A stretch of 55,822 bases of DNA from a virus. Taxonomy: Duplodnaviria > Caudoviricetes. This document shows, piece after piece, positions 17,365-26,182 of the stretch. The translations under genes and the position numbers were made by a program. Position 1 is the stretch's first letter. Each line of letters begins with the position of its first letter. The stretch is taken from IMG/VR virus record IMGVR_UViG_3300020469_000059, positions 1 through 55,822 of that record; one strand, given 5' to 3'. The notes under the pieces are model-generated. The model was not told the DNA's origin. It made no database searches and was given only the letters and a program-made list of their open reading frames with translations.

Positions 17365-18297
17365 TTACGCTGGCCTTACTCCGTAAAGACGCGAGGCGTC
17401 AGAGACTCTTTTAGGTATTGAAGATTGGGAGCTGTCATAGCCTTTAGGGTAAATGCCTTCGCTACGATCATCAATACCGTTTCCGTTTTCGTCCCTAAAT
17501 TCGTCCGTTTGCAAACCTCCGCTACCTCCGCTACCTCCGCTACCTCCGCTATCTACACCAGATTGTCCTAGCAGATCTAGTATTTTTTTTACTCTGTCTT
17601 GGTGGGCTAAAGCCTGCTTTCCGGTTTCGATTTTCTGGATCGTCCTCTGCTTCCTCAACTCAGGTGTGTCGATGTTTGGCTCCCCCAGACGCATCTTCTC
17701 TGCGGCTAACGCCATCTGGGCTGCTTGTGCGGTATACCCTTTACGACGGAGCCTACGGGCCGCATTACGTAGCCTGCCACTCGCAGGACCAACTCGCCGC
17801 GCTGGTTGGTTCAACAATGACCCACTACCAAATTTGTAGTTGGGGTCGTTGGTCCTAATATCCATCGCCCTAAGTGCCGAACCATGTTCAGACTCAAAGA
17901 GGGCATTCTGGGCAGCTTCTTGTGGCGACGAAGATTTTGGGGCAGTCGCAAAATTTGAGGGCCGGATTCGGTTTTTATCCATGAACGAATTAAACTGCTC
18001 CTCAGAAACACCAGCGGTGGTAGCCCGTTCGCGAGCCTGTCTAAGAAGATCACCTGTTAAGGCTCCCCGTCGAGACAAGTCTTCTAAGCCGGAGGCGACG
18101 CCCTGTCGGGTGGAGAGTTGTTGTTTTTCTTCGTCCTCGCGAGCTGTTTCGTCGTTCATGACAGAGACGGCCCTTAAAAAATCAGTAGCATCCGTACCTT
18201 CATATCTCGCGTTTTTATTCTCCTGAACAGCATCGTTCGCTTGTTTAATCGCGGCTGCTTTTTCTTTTTCTTTTTCTTTTTCTTTTCTAATGGACAT
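17365..18297 (-). CDS. Putative internal virion protein
   Basis: Charged low-complexity protein with (GGS)n linker and DENGNGIDD Ca-binding-like loop. Confidence 0.55.
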   Translation of the reverse strand: MSIRKEKEKEKEKAAAIKQANDAVQENKNARYEGTDATDFLRAVSVMNDETAREDEEKQQLSTRQGVASGLEDLSRRGALTGDLLRQARERATTAGVSEEQFNSFMDKNRIRPSNFATAPKSSSPQEAAQNALFESEHGSALRAMDIRTNDPNYKFGSGSLLNQPARRVGPASGRLRNAARRLRRKGYTAQAAQMALAAEKMRLGEPNIDTPELRKQRTIQKIETGKQALAHQDRVKKILDLLGQSGVDSGGSGGSGGSGGLQTDEFRDENGNGIDDRSEGIYPKGYDSSQSSIPKRVSDASRLYGVRPA

Positions 18298-18339
18298 GAT
18301 TACGAGAGTGTTTGTAAGCCCAGTGTTGGGCGGTTTAAT

Positions 18340-18981
18340 TTAGAATTTAGCTACGGGCTTCGCTGTCTTCTTGCGGAGGTCAGATTTTACATTCGACAAC
18401 AGGTCACCCCCAAGAGAAGAAGTCCCGAAAAGACTTTTAGAGTAACTACCAACTTCGTAGTTTGGGTCTTGCATGGCTTTTAATCTACCGAGACCCGTAG
18501 TCTGGTTCATTACGTTTTGCGTTGCTTCTGCGGCATTGGTAGGATCTACGCCCCCCATACCCGTCTCCGCAATTTTTGAAGCCCCACCCCCAAGAGAAGA
18601 AATCCCGAAAAGACTTTTAGAGTAACTACCAACTTCGTAGTTTGGGTCTTGCATGGCCTTTAATCTACCGAGACCCGTAGTCTGGTTCATTACGTTTTGC
18701 GTTGCTTCTGCGGCATTGGTAGAGGCATTAGTAGGGGGTGCGCCCCCCATACCCGTCTTTGCAATTTTTGACGCCCCACCATCAAGAGGAGAAGTCCCGA
18801 AAAGAATTTTAGAGTAACTACCAACTTCGTAGTTTGGGTCTTGCATGGCCTTTAATCTACCGAGACCCGTAGTCTGGTTCATTACATTCTGTGCAGCTTC
18901 TGCCGCATTAGTAGGGGCTTCGTTTTTCTTCGCCTGAACAGCATCGTTCGCTTTTTTAAGCTCTTTTTTTCTATCGGCCAT
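18340..18981 (-). CDS. Tandem-repeat protein, putative internal virion protein
   Basis: Three copies of TNAAEAxQNVMNQTTGLGRLKAMQDPNYEVGSYSK. Confidence 0.65.
   Translation of the reverse strand: MADRKKELKKANDAVQAKKNEAPTNAAEAAQNVMNQTTGLGRLKAMQDPNYEVGSYSKILFGTSPLDGGASKIAKTGMGGAPPTNASTNAAEATQNVMNQTTGLGRLKAMQDPNYEVGSYSKSLFGISSLGGGASKIAETGMGGVDPTNAAEATQNVMNQTTGLGRLKAMQDPNYEVGSYSKSLFGTSSLGGDLLSNVKSDLRKKTAKPVAKF
18404..18915. repeat. Three near-identical coding direct repeats (periods 180 and 192 bp)
   Basis: AGAmTTTTAGAGTAACTACCAACTTCGTAG... begins at 18431, 18611 and 18803. Confidence 0.9.
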
Positions 18982-18983
18982 GA

Positions 18984-19277
18984 TTACCAGAGGTGTTTGC
19001 AGGCCCAGTGGCGTGCGGTTGTCTTATCTTTCGCTGTTTTACAGTTGTGTCTGGCCCTGAAATTAGCCCGACGCTTCGGGTTCTTGTGTTTGGTGAAATC
19101 GCTGTAATCACGATGTCCATACGAGACTTTCTTGATTTTGTCACCTTCTTTACCTAATACCACGAATTTTTTTTTCGATCCTTTTGGGGCGCGTTTAGGC
19201 TTATTAAAGCCAGCGAACGTCTCGCCGTGGTATTGGATACGACCGGAAGGGAGCCGCTTGAATCGTTTATTCGCCAC
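18984..19277 (-). CDS. Small basic protein, DUF5754-like
   Basis: KKFVV...KVSYG...YSDFTKHKNPKRRANFRARH...TARHWA...LW motif common in aquatic viruses; GTG start. Confidence 0.7.
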   Translation of the reverse strand: MANKRFKRLPSGRIQYHGETFAGFNKPKRAPKGSKKKFVVLGKEGDKIKKVSYGHRDYSDFTKHKNPKRRANFRARHNCKTAKDKTTARHWACKHLW

Positions 19278-19283
19278 AGGCAG

Positions 19284-19312
19284 AAGATACAGGTTTTAGG
19301 ATGAAGTGTCAA
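19284..19312 (-). promoter_or_regulatory. Sigma70-type promoter, leaderless geometry
   Basis: TTGACA-N17-TATCTT, 6 nt before the GTG at 19277. Confidence 0.75.
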
Positions 19313-19328
19313 TCTTCGGGATTCGGGT

Positions 19329-19407
19329 AAAAAAAACTTTTCTCTGAGGCTCTTAGTACCTAATAATATATTATTGGGTACTAAAGGTCTGAGAGAAAAG
19401 TTTTTTT
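19329..19407. repeat. ~80-bp AT-rich palindromic element, copy 1
   Basis: AAAAAAACTTTTCTCT...TTAGTACCTAATAATATATTATTGGGTACTAA...AGAGAAAAGTTTTTTT. Confidence 0.9.
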
Positions 19408-21196
19408 AGCTGATCAGACTGGTATCTGGATTATTGAGCGCACCGCTAAGACTTTTAATCGTAACCTGTTTCCTGAACCCCGCATCCTTCTCGTCTTTCG
19501 GTGGATCGATAGCCACTAACCCCATACGCTGGCGAGCGCAATCAAGAGCCAGAAACGCAGCATCTGCCAAGTCTGGACTGCGACCGAACCGTGCCTTGAA
19601 CTCTGGTTTCGACTCGATCTTCACTCTCAGCGTGCCTGTTCCCTTAGTCATGTCGTAGTTTCTGGCGCACATTTCTTGTGCAAGATCCGACGATACACCG
19701 TAAATTTGCTTAGTTCTCAGCAGTTCCTTGCCGACGAACCAGAGTTCAGAGACTCGATTCGTGTAGAGTTCGGCTCCGGTTAGCTGGCTATTCATGCTGA
19801 CCCGCTTGTCTGATCCTTTCCCGCCGAAGGTAACCCGCATAAAATCACTAGACCACTCACCAGCCAACACGTCGCAGAATGGCGCACCCGCTCCGGTCGA
19901 GTCGAGTGCCACGTTATTAGCAGAGATATTGCGGCGTTTACAGTGGTCGATAATCTGATGAACGATTTGATAGGTTCGGGGAACCGCTTTATTAGTGGCG
20001 TCGTCGTTTAGGTGTATGGCTTCTCCTAACTTGCAGACGTATTGACCGTTTCGGGCGTATCCTACTTCAGCGGTATACAGAATCGTCCGGTCGCCGCCGT
20101 TAGTGAAAGCCGGATCTATTCCGGCAACAACGGTTGGTTTATCCGCCCAATCTACTTCCCCCATCGCGCCACCTTTGGTCAACTCTGCCTCAGAGTAGAT
20201 TCCCGTCGTTTCGTCAGAGTCGAAAAAGACTGCGCGAACCATCCGCATATATCCTCTGGACTCCGGCCCCAATAACGCCCTGTCTTCCGCCAGCTTCTCA
20301 GCGGTAGGTAGCCAAGGATATTTAACCTCTCCTAACGTAATGTTAGGACTCCGCTCTCCGTCCAGTCTAATATATTTACCGTTCCATTTAGTAGTCCACC
20401 TGTCAGCGGTCTGCGTATCTACGGACTCCCAGCCCTTCTTCGGCTCTGACCAGACACCAAACGCATCAAATCTGCTGTTCGGGTTGGACATACCAATCAT
20501 TTGAAATGACGGGTTTTTCGACAGGTTGGTCAGGCCAGCCTGCAAGATGCTCTCAGAGAGTTCTGAAAGCTCGTCTCCGATCATGATCACCCGCTTTTGC
20601 TTGATTCCGATGAATTTTCCGATGGCTTCTCGCGTCTTAGATTTTTCCGCTGCGATAAGCGAAAGACCAGCTCTCTCGATAAGCGTGCCGTTTTCATCGA
20701 TGTAGGCAGCGTTTCCTATCGAATCCCGTATCTTGATCGGCGCACCATCGATCACGGACAACAAGGACATTACTGAACCCCATATCCTTTTTCGTGCTTC
20801 CCGTAGCGTGGTTGAGGTCATCAGAACCAGCGTATCGCGTGGCTGAGATAGCCACTGGACGATGCCCCATGCGGCCATTGTGTGGGACTTTCCACTACTG
20901 GCTGACCCGCCGACCGCCAGATACTTGTGCTTAATAGCAGCCCGAATCATTTGTTCCGCCCAAGGATGTCGAACCATCATATGCTCTGGCAGTTCTTCCC
21001 TATTCCAGAGTTCGTCGCAGACTCGCCAGAAATAAAACTCCTTGGCCTTGTCGTTCGGGTGGTGCGCGAAACCGTATAACAACGCAGTGAGGAGACTGGT
21101 GGGCTGGATCATTAGACCGCCCACGTCCATTTTCTTGGATTGTGGGTCGATGCGCGGCTCCAGAACGCGCTTGCGCTTGTCTGCTTCTGAGGGCAT
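19406..21196 (-). CDS. terL: Terminase large subunit
   Basis: Walker A GSASSGKS, Walker B MIGDE, SNP motif, nuclease GIDPA...D and SPDLADA; likely ATG at 21196. Confidence 0.93.
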   Translation of the reverse strand: MPSEADKRKRVLEPRIDPQSKKMDVGGLMIQPTSLLTALLYGFAHHPNDKAKEFYFWRVCDELWNREELPEHMMVRHPWAEQMIRAAIKHKYLAVGGSASSGKSHTMAAWGIVQWLSQPRDTLVLMTSTTLREARKRIWGSVMSLLSVIDGAPIKIRDSIGNAAYIDENGTLIERAGLSLIAAEKSKTREAIGKFIGIKQKRVIMIGDELSELSESILQAGLTNLSKNPSFQMIGMSNPNSRFDAFGVWSEPKKGWESVDTQTADRWTTKWNGKYIRLDGERSPNITLGEVKYPWLPTAEKLAEDRALLGPESRGYMRMVRAVFFDSDETTGIYSEAELTKGGAMGEVDWADKPTVVAGIDPAFTNGGDRTILYTAEVGYARNGQYVCKLGEAIHLNDDATNKAVPRTYQIVHQIIDHCKRRNISANNVALDSTGAGAPFCDVLAGEWSSDFMRVTFGGKGSDKRVSMNSQLTGAELYTNRVSELWFVGKELLRTKQIYGVSSDLAQEMCARNYDMTKGTGTLRVKIESKPEFKARFGRSPDLADAAFLALDCARQRMGLVAIDPPKDEKDAGFRKQVTIKSLSGALNNPDTSLIS

Positions 21197-21199
21197 AAT
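21171..21199 (+). promoter_or_regulatory. Sigma70-type promoter inside the terL 5' end
   Basis: TTGCGC-N17-CATAAT, 7 nt before the ATG at 21207. Confidence 0.55.
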
Positions 21200-21206
21200 T
21201 GAGTTG

Positions 21207-21848
21207 ATGTCTGAAAAACCTATACGGGAGTGCGAAGCCGAAGCCTTGCGCCTTAACAAAGAAGGTTACAGTAATAGTTCGATTGGTCAACACATTGGAG
21301 TCCACCGCAACACAATTCGTAAATGGCTGAAGAAGCACGGAGTCGCTGCGAAGGTAAATGGAGACGTGTCAGACGGTAAGGTTCTCGACAACCTGATCCA
21401 CAATAAAAAAGTAAAGGACGAACACCTGAAACCGGACGACGACAAAGACCAGCTTAAAGAAGATATTGAAGAACACTTTAACGAGACGGTGAGTTCTGCG
21501 ATTGTAGAGGAGCGGTTCCGAGCCTCGAAAGAAGAGGACGTTACCCTCAACGAGATCGCAGAGGCCCAGAACTCACCAGCGGACAAATACCAGCACTACG
21601 TAGCCGCAGCCGGAATTAAGTTACTGCGTGACTCGATAAAGACCCTGCGCGGGCCGAGGACAATCCGCGAGATGTCTGAACTAGATCAACTCATTCGCCG
21701 TAACTTAGGTCTTAACGCGAAGACTGGTGGCGGTAGTAGCAAGATGCAGATCGATATTTCTATTCTCAACAACTCCAAAGCAGACAAAGGGGGAGGCGCG
21801 ATAAAACAGAAAAAAACGATTGACGCAGAGACCGGAAAAGAGATTTAA
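21207..21848 (+). CDS. N-terminal HTH protein, terminase small subunit candidate
   Basis: EALRLNKEGYSNSSIGQHIGVHRNTIRKW HTH, helical core and C-terminal IDISIL strand; adjacent to terL. Confidence 0.6.
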   Translation: MSEKPIRECEAEALRLNKEGYSNSSIGQHIGVHRNTIRKWLKKHGVAAKVNGDVSDGKVLDNLIHNKKVKDEHLKPDDDKDQLKEDIEEHFNETVSSAIVEERFRASKEEDVTLNEIAEAQNSPADKYQHYVAAAGIKLLRDSIKTLRGPRTIREMSELDQLIRRNLGLNAKTGGGSSKMQIDISILNNSKADKGGGAIKQKKTIDAETGKEI

Positions 21849-21858
21849 TACCGCTACA

Positions 21859-22089
21859 ATGTTCCAAGATCGTGAACCCGAAGTAGGGCCAAGATTCATT
21901 ACCCGAATAGATGAGGGTTCTGATTTTCGCTTTCCTGTCGATACCGCCGACGGTCTCTGGTATAGAGTAAGGCCGTCAACGGCTCGCGAAGTGTTCTACC
22001 TACAGTCGTTGCCGAAGGGCATCAGGGTTCTTGTGCCAGCGGAGGGCGACGGCCTTCTACTTAGAGGAGATTCAATACCAGTAAAATAA
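21859..22089 (+). CDS. Hypothetical protein
   Basis: ATG at 21859 within ORF 21820..22089; TAATG coupling to next gene. Confidence 0.6.
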   Translation: MFQDREPEVGPRFITRIDEGSDFRFPVDTADGLWYRVRPSTAREVFYLQSLPKGIRVLVPAEGDGLLLRGDSIPVK

Positions 22090-22262
22090 TGAAAAAAGAA
22101 TTAGATTGGCAGAATCTAGATATTATTCGTCTTTTCTTACTTCACCGTGAGGCAGACTTTGAGGAACACATAGAAGAATACGGGTTCGACTCTTCAGAAG
22201 CGGAAGATTACCGAGAAGAAATTATGAAGCTCCTGTGGGATAAAATGGAAGAAGTATTATGA
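22089..22262 (+). CDS. Small acidic hypothetical protein (57 aa)
   Basis: Read manually: MKKELDWQNLDIIRLF...KMEEVL; overlaps both neighbours by TAATG/ATGA. Confidence 0.7.
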   Translation: MKKELDWQNLDIIRLFLLHREADFEEHIEEYGFDSSEAEDYREEIMKLLWDKMEEVL

Positions 22263-22672
22263 AACCCGAAACCCTATTCCGCCTCCACGAAGAGACGTGC
22301 AAGAAAACGCTCGACATCATGCGAGCAAAGAACAGCGACTACTGCGGTGGCACTGAGACCGTAGACGCGCTCGCTAATTTCAAGTCAGCTAAATCGTTAG
22401 GACTCCATCCGGTCACCGGATTGCTGTTGAGGATGCAGGATAAACTGATGAGGATTAAGTCGTTCGTGAACGATGGTCAGTTACAGGTAGCTGGCGAGTC
22501 AGTCGATGACGCCTGTGAAGATCTTGTGAATTACTCTATCTTAGCCAAAGCCCTCCTTACTGAGGAACGCGAGGAACACTGCGAGACGTGCGACGGGCCT
22601 GTGGAAGAGGACTGCGACAATATGTATTGTCCTGAGTATACTCCTAATAGGACAAAGCCGGATTTATTTTAA
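22259..22672 (+). CDS. DUF1599 / nucleotide-modification-associated domain 1 protein
   Basis: KNSDY, ANF, LRMQDKLMRI and ESVDD..EDLVNY motifs. Confidence 0.8.
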   Translation: MKPETLFRLHEETCKKTLDIMRAKNSDYCGGTETVDALANFKSAKSLGLHPVTGLLLRMQDKLMRIKSFVNDGQLQVAGESVDDACEDLVNYSILAKALLTEEREEHCETCDGPVEEDCDNMYCPEYTPNRTKPDLF

Positions 22673-23331
22673 TGAAAAATCTTTTCAAGATACTGACGCG
22701 AGAGGAAAGCGTTAAGACCGATAATTTAATGGGGGTTCTCTCCCCCTTCGGCGAGGTTGAAGTCATACCGGACGTAGAGGGTAATCTAGAGGGGTATACT
22801 GGTATGTGCGGAGATCTTAGACCCGAGGATTTTGAGACTAGAACTACAGCTTGGGATCTTTTATTTAAAGACCTCGCAGAGGAATATACGTGGGTTATTG
22901 AGGATGATGTCGCGTTCAATAAAAAGACAATCAAAAGTATCTTGGAGGCTCTTGAATCTGACAAATCTGATTTAATTTCAAATAAAATACACTCAAAAAA
23001 TAAACGGCCTCGTTGGGGGTGGTGGCACTTAAATTACCGATTTGAAGACTTTGAACTTTTGACTTCGCTGAATTGTTTTTGCAGGATATCACCGACCCTT
23101 ATTCAAAAAGTAAAGCAGCACCGAGATAAATACGGTAAGTTTATGTTCCATGAAATGCTCTTCCCTATCTTATCCGATACGAAACTAGATTTTATGGTAA
23201 CTCACTTTAGGGAATATTTTAATAACTTCCATTGGTCCGAGTCAAAAATCGATCTGGACTCGGTCTCAGAGTATGCCGTATATCACCCCGTTAAGTCGGA
23301 TCGTAGACACACAGATATCTGTAAATTGTGA
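22672..23331 (+). CDS. Putative GT-A glycosyltransferase-like protein
   Basis: TAWD, YTWVIEDDV, CRIS, FHE..FP and YHPVK motifs; visibly more AT-rich than neighbours. Confidence 0.55.
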   Translation: MKNLFKILTREESVKTDNLMGVLSPFGEVEVIPDVEGNLEGYTGMCGDLRPEDFETRTTAWDLLFKDLAEEYTWVIEDDVAFNKKTIKSILEALESDKSDLISNKIHSKNKRPRWGWWHLNYRFEDFELLTSLNCFCRISPTLIQKVKQHRDKYGKFMFHEMLFPILSDTKLDFMVTHFREYFNNFHWSESKIDLDSVSEYAVYHPVKSDRRHTDICKL

Positions 23332-23816
23332 TAATCGGAGTAGACAACGGATTGGATGGCGGACTCTGCGCCATATCGAAACACGACGGCAGTCTCATCG
23401 ATAAAATCCGTATGCCTACTCTCCAGATGTCGAAGAAGAAAGAGATCGACATCCGTAAGGTCCATCAATGGATAATGGATCTGAACACCTCCTTTATATT
23501 TGCGGTCGAGGAACCTCTAGCTCACGCGAAGAGTAGCCAAGCGGTTCGGTCAATGGCGATCTCGTTCGGCAAGCTAGTCGGCATGGCTGAGTCCCACGAC
23601 TACGAAAACATAATGCGTGTGTCAGTCCACAAGTGGCAGAAAGTCATGCTGGGCAGAGTCCCGAAAGGCAAGACCAAAGAAGTTGCGTTGGGGCTAGCGA
23701 ATCAGTTAGAGCCGTCAGAGAACTGGCTGGCTAATAAACGATGCCGGACGCCGCACGACGGCATGATCGATGCCTACCTTATCGCCCGATATATTTGGGG
23801 TGGTAAAAAAAGTTGA
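23328..23816 (+). CDS. RuvC-like Holliday junction resolvase
   Basis: IIGVDNGLDG, AVEE, SFG, KWQK and HDG.IDAYLIA motifs. Confidence 0.85.
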   Translation: MIIGVDNGLDGGLCAISKHDGSLIDKIRMPTLQMSKKKEIDIRKVHQWIMDLNTSFIFAVEEPLAHAKSSQAVRSMAISFGKLVGMAESHDYENIMRVSVHKWQKVMLGRVPKGKTKEVALGLANQLEPSENWLANKRCRTPHDGMIDAYLIARYIWGGKKS

Positions 23817-23871
23817 TTTTTTTCTGGACGTATCACATCCCTTCAATTATTTGTCTGTTCATAGACAATAA

Positions 23872-25164
23872 ATGAAGACGCTATATCCGAAACAACAAGA
23901 CGCTCTCGACTTCTTCCTAGCGAAGCACAAGTTGAATTTGAACTCACTCGACACTAGCCATGTCGGGACTGGTAAGACCGTAGTGGCCGCTCATCTGGCC
24001 GATGCTTTGAATAGACCCGTTGCGGTCTTGTGTCCGAAGGCAGTGATCCCGTCATGGGAGCGTGAGCTTAAAGAGACTGGCATCGAGCCGCTATTCGTTC
24101 TCAACTACGAGAAGATCAGGACGGGCCGGACGGACTTCATGTCCAAGCGTGGCAAGAAGATCATGACGTGGAACTTACCTAAAAACACATTAGTGTTAGT
24201 GGACGAGGTTCACAGATGCAAAGGGCCGTATACGCAAAACGCGCAGTTGTTAGTTTCTCTCGTCGCACAAGGCTACTCGATTCATGCGATGAGTGCGACT
24301 GCCGCCGAAGACCCTACCGAGATGCGGCCAGTCGGTTACGCGCTGGGTCTGCACAACCTCAACAAAGCGGAGGACGGTGTCAAAAGTTGGTTCGGGTGGA
24401 TGATGCAATACGGATGCACTCAGAACCAGTGGAACGCGTGGGAGCTTCGGCGTAAGACTAAACTCAGTGACCTTAATAAGGTCATGTATGGTAAGAATGT
24501 TAAACGGCTCACAGTTGATGACTTTCCCGATTCCTTTAAAGCGAACCGCGTATTCGTGGAGCCGATTGCGTTTGGCTCTGCTGCCAAGATCGCTAAGGCG
24601 TATAAAGATTTAGACATCACTCCTGAGATCATCACCAATCTTCTAGAGAACGGAACTGTGGAGGACAGCGATTGGGTTCTGGTTAACCTACTACGCGCTC
24701 GCCAGCTAGCCGAGTCGCTCAAGGCCAAAGACATGGCAGACATGGCGAAAGATCACGTCGAGCAGGGACACAGTGTTGTGCTGTTCGTCAACTTTACGGA
24801 GACGGCCCAGACACTCCAGCAGTTGTTGGATTGTCCTGCTATCGTTGGTGGTCAGTCGGCTGAAGAACGGCAACAGATCATAGACAATTTCCAAGATGAC
24901 AATGAACACGTCATCGTGGTCAACATCGCTGCTGGCGGAACCGGAATCTCACTTCACGACATCAATGGCGAGAGGCAACGGATCTCATTGATCTCCCCTA
25001 CCTTTAACGTCAAGGATCACCTACAGGCGTTGGGCCGTATCCACCGCAACGGAGCGAAGAGCGACGCCGTCCAAAAGATTCTGGTTGCTAGTGATTCAAT
25101 CGAGGAACACGTTATGCGAGTTGTCGAAGAGAAATCGGATAACCTGAACACTTTGCATCAATGA
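23872..25164 (+). CDS. SF2 (SNF2-like) DNA helicase
   Basis: GTGKT, DEVH, SAT, AGGTGISL and QALGRIHR motifs. Confidence 0.92.
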   Translation: MKTLYPKQQDALDFFLAKHKLNLNSLDTSHVGTGKTVVAAHLADALNRPVAVLCPKAVIPSWERELKETGIEPLFVLNYEKIRTGRTDFMSKRGKKIMTWNLPKNTLVLVDEVHRCKGPYTQNAQLLVSLVAQGYSIHAMSATAAEDPTEMRPVGYALGLHNLNKAEDGVKSWFGWMMQYGCTQNQWNAWELRRKTKLSDLNKVMYGKNVKRLTVDDFPDSFKANRVFVEPIAFGSAAKIAKAYKDLDITPEIITNLLENGTVEDSDWVLVNLLRARQLAESLKAKDMADMAKDHVEQGHSVVLFVNFTETAQTLQQLLDCPAIVGGQSAEERQQIIDNFQDDNEHVIVVNIAAGGTGISLHDINGERQRISLISPTFNVKDHLQALGRIHRNGAKSDAVQKILVASDSIEEHVMRVVEEKSDNLNTLHQ

Positions 25165-25508
25165 ATACAGATAACAAAATTAAAGGACTCACCAAATATA
25201 AACAGGCCGTTGTCGAAAAAGTCTGCTCACTAATATCAGATGAGTTCTCAATCGAAATAGATGACCTTTTTGAAATATCGAGAGCTTACCAATACTCAGT
25301 TCCGAGATCTGTTGCGGCTGCGCTACTGCACAAAAACTTCGGAATCCCGCAACAGACCATCGCGGATTATTTCGGCTACGTATCACACAGCAGCGTCCCT
25401 CATGCGGTCAGATCGATTGACCGTAAAATCAACACCGACCCTGATTTAAGGTCTATTATCCGAAACATCTTGAAAAGCGTTGCTAAAGAAATTAAACCAA
25501 CTAAATAG
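25161..25508 (+). CDS. Stand-alone DnaA domain-IV (DnaA_C-like) DNA-binding protein
   Basis: PRSVAAALL...TIADYFG.VSHSSVPHAVRSI parallels DnaA RQIAMYL...IG..FG.RDHTTV.HA..KI. Confidence 0.75.
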   Translation: MNTDNKIKGLTKYKQAVVEKVCSLISDEFSIEIDDLFEISRAYQYSVPRSVAAALLHKNFGIPQQTIADYFGYVSHSSVPHAVRSIDRKINTDPDLRSIIRNILKSVAKEIKPTK

Positions 25509-25512
25509 AATT

Positions 25513-25932
25513 ATGAAAAAATTATTCATATTAGCACTATGCGTCACTCCGATTGCCGCAGTATTGTTTAGCTCCGCCTCGCCGGATCTCCCCAAACCTG
25601 TCGCGGAAGAAGTCAACGAAGAACCTGAACAAATCAGCGCGTCCGTCCTCCTGTCTAAGTGGCAGTTGGAGAAGATGATGGGTAGTTTTAACAGCGAGGA
25701 CCATCCGTCGGATATGCGCGTTTTCACTTCTGTAGTCAAAAATTCTGCGGACGGCTGGCGTATCTCATCAACGCATTTGGTGCGTAACCCGAAGAATGTA
25801 ATCCTACCGACCACAGAGTATCACGTCATTGATTCGTCATACATCGATTTCTCTGGTAACCTCAGAGAGTGTGTGGAGTATGCGAGTTCCTATAAGGGCC
25901 ACCATGATTATATCGTTGTGCCACTGAAATAA
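25513..25932 (+). CDS. Hypothetical exported or membrane-anchored protein
   Basis: MKKLFILALCVTPIAAVLFSSA signal-like N-terminus. Confidence 0.65.
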   Translation: MKKLFILALCVTPIAAVLFSSASPDLPKPVAEEVNEEPEQISASVLLSKWQLEKMMGSFNSEDHPSDMRVFTSVVKNSADGWRISSTHLVRNPKNVILPTTEYHVIDSSYIDFSGNLRECVEYASSYKGHHDYIVVPLK

Positions 25933-25936
25933 AATT

Positions 25937-25995
25937 TTGCCGAGAGAGTCCGGCAATTAAGACTTCGCTGACGGGGCAGTTAAGCTCTCACCCCG
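25937..25995 (+). ncRNA. Candidate pseudoknotted cis-RNA element
   Basis: TTGCCG/CGGCAA stem; loop GAGAGT complementary to GCTCTC (25984-25989); intervening CTTCG/CGGGG hairpin. Confidence 0.35.
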
Positions 25996-26016
25996 AACCA
26001 CTAACCAAAATAAAAT

Positions 26017-26178
26017 ATGAAAGGTATAGACAAAAAAATAAACGGAAGAAGAAAAAAAGAGTATACAGGGTTTGACCCATGTAGCTTTGCACCATACTTT
26101 GCTCCGGTCGGTATGTCACCTGCATCCAAGTATGCTAAGGGAAGACAAACTAATAAAACAAAACGTAGAAAAAAGTAA
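26017..26178 (+). CDS. Small basic hypothetical protein (53 aa)
   Basis: Read manually: MKGIDKKINGRRKKEYTGFDPC...KRRKK. Confidence 0.5.
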   Translation: MKGIDKKINGRRKKEYTGFDPCSFAPYFAPVGMSPASKYAKGRQTNKTKRRKK

Positions 26179-26182
26179 CATT

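Noticed and set aside
18340-18981. Diversity-generating retroelement template/variable repeats
   Set aside because: No reverse transcriptase; the repeats are in-frame tandem coding units without adenine-specific differences
19329-19407. Protelomerase (telRL-like) hairpin-telomere site
   Set aside because: No protelomerase or tyrosine-recombinase gene recognised, and three internal copies do not fit a single resolution site
25937-25995. Pistol ribozyme (P1 loop pairing with the segment after UUAAG is superficially similar)
   Set aside because: The downstream P3 stem and GU cleavage junction are missing
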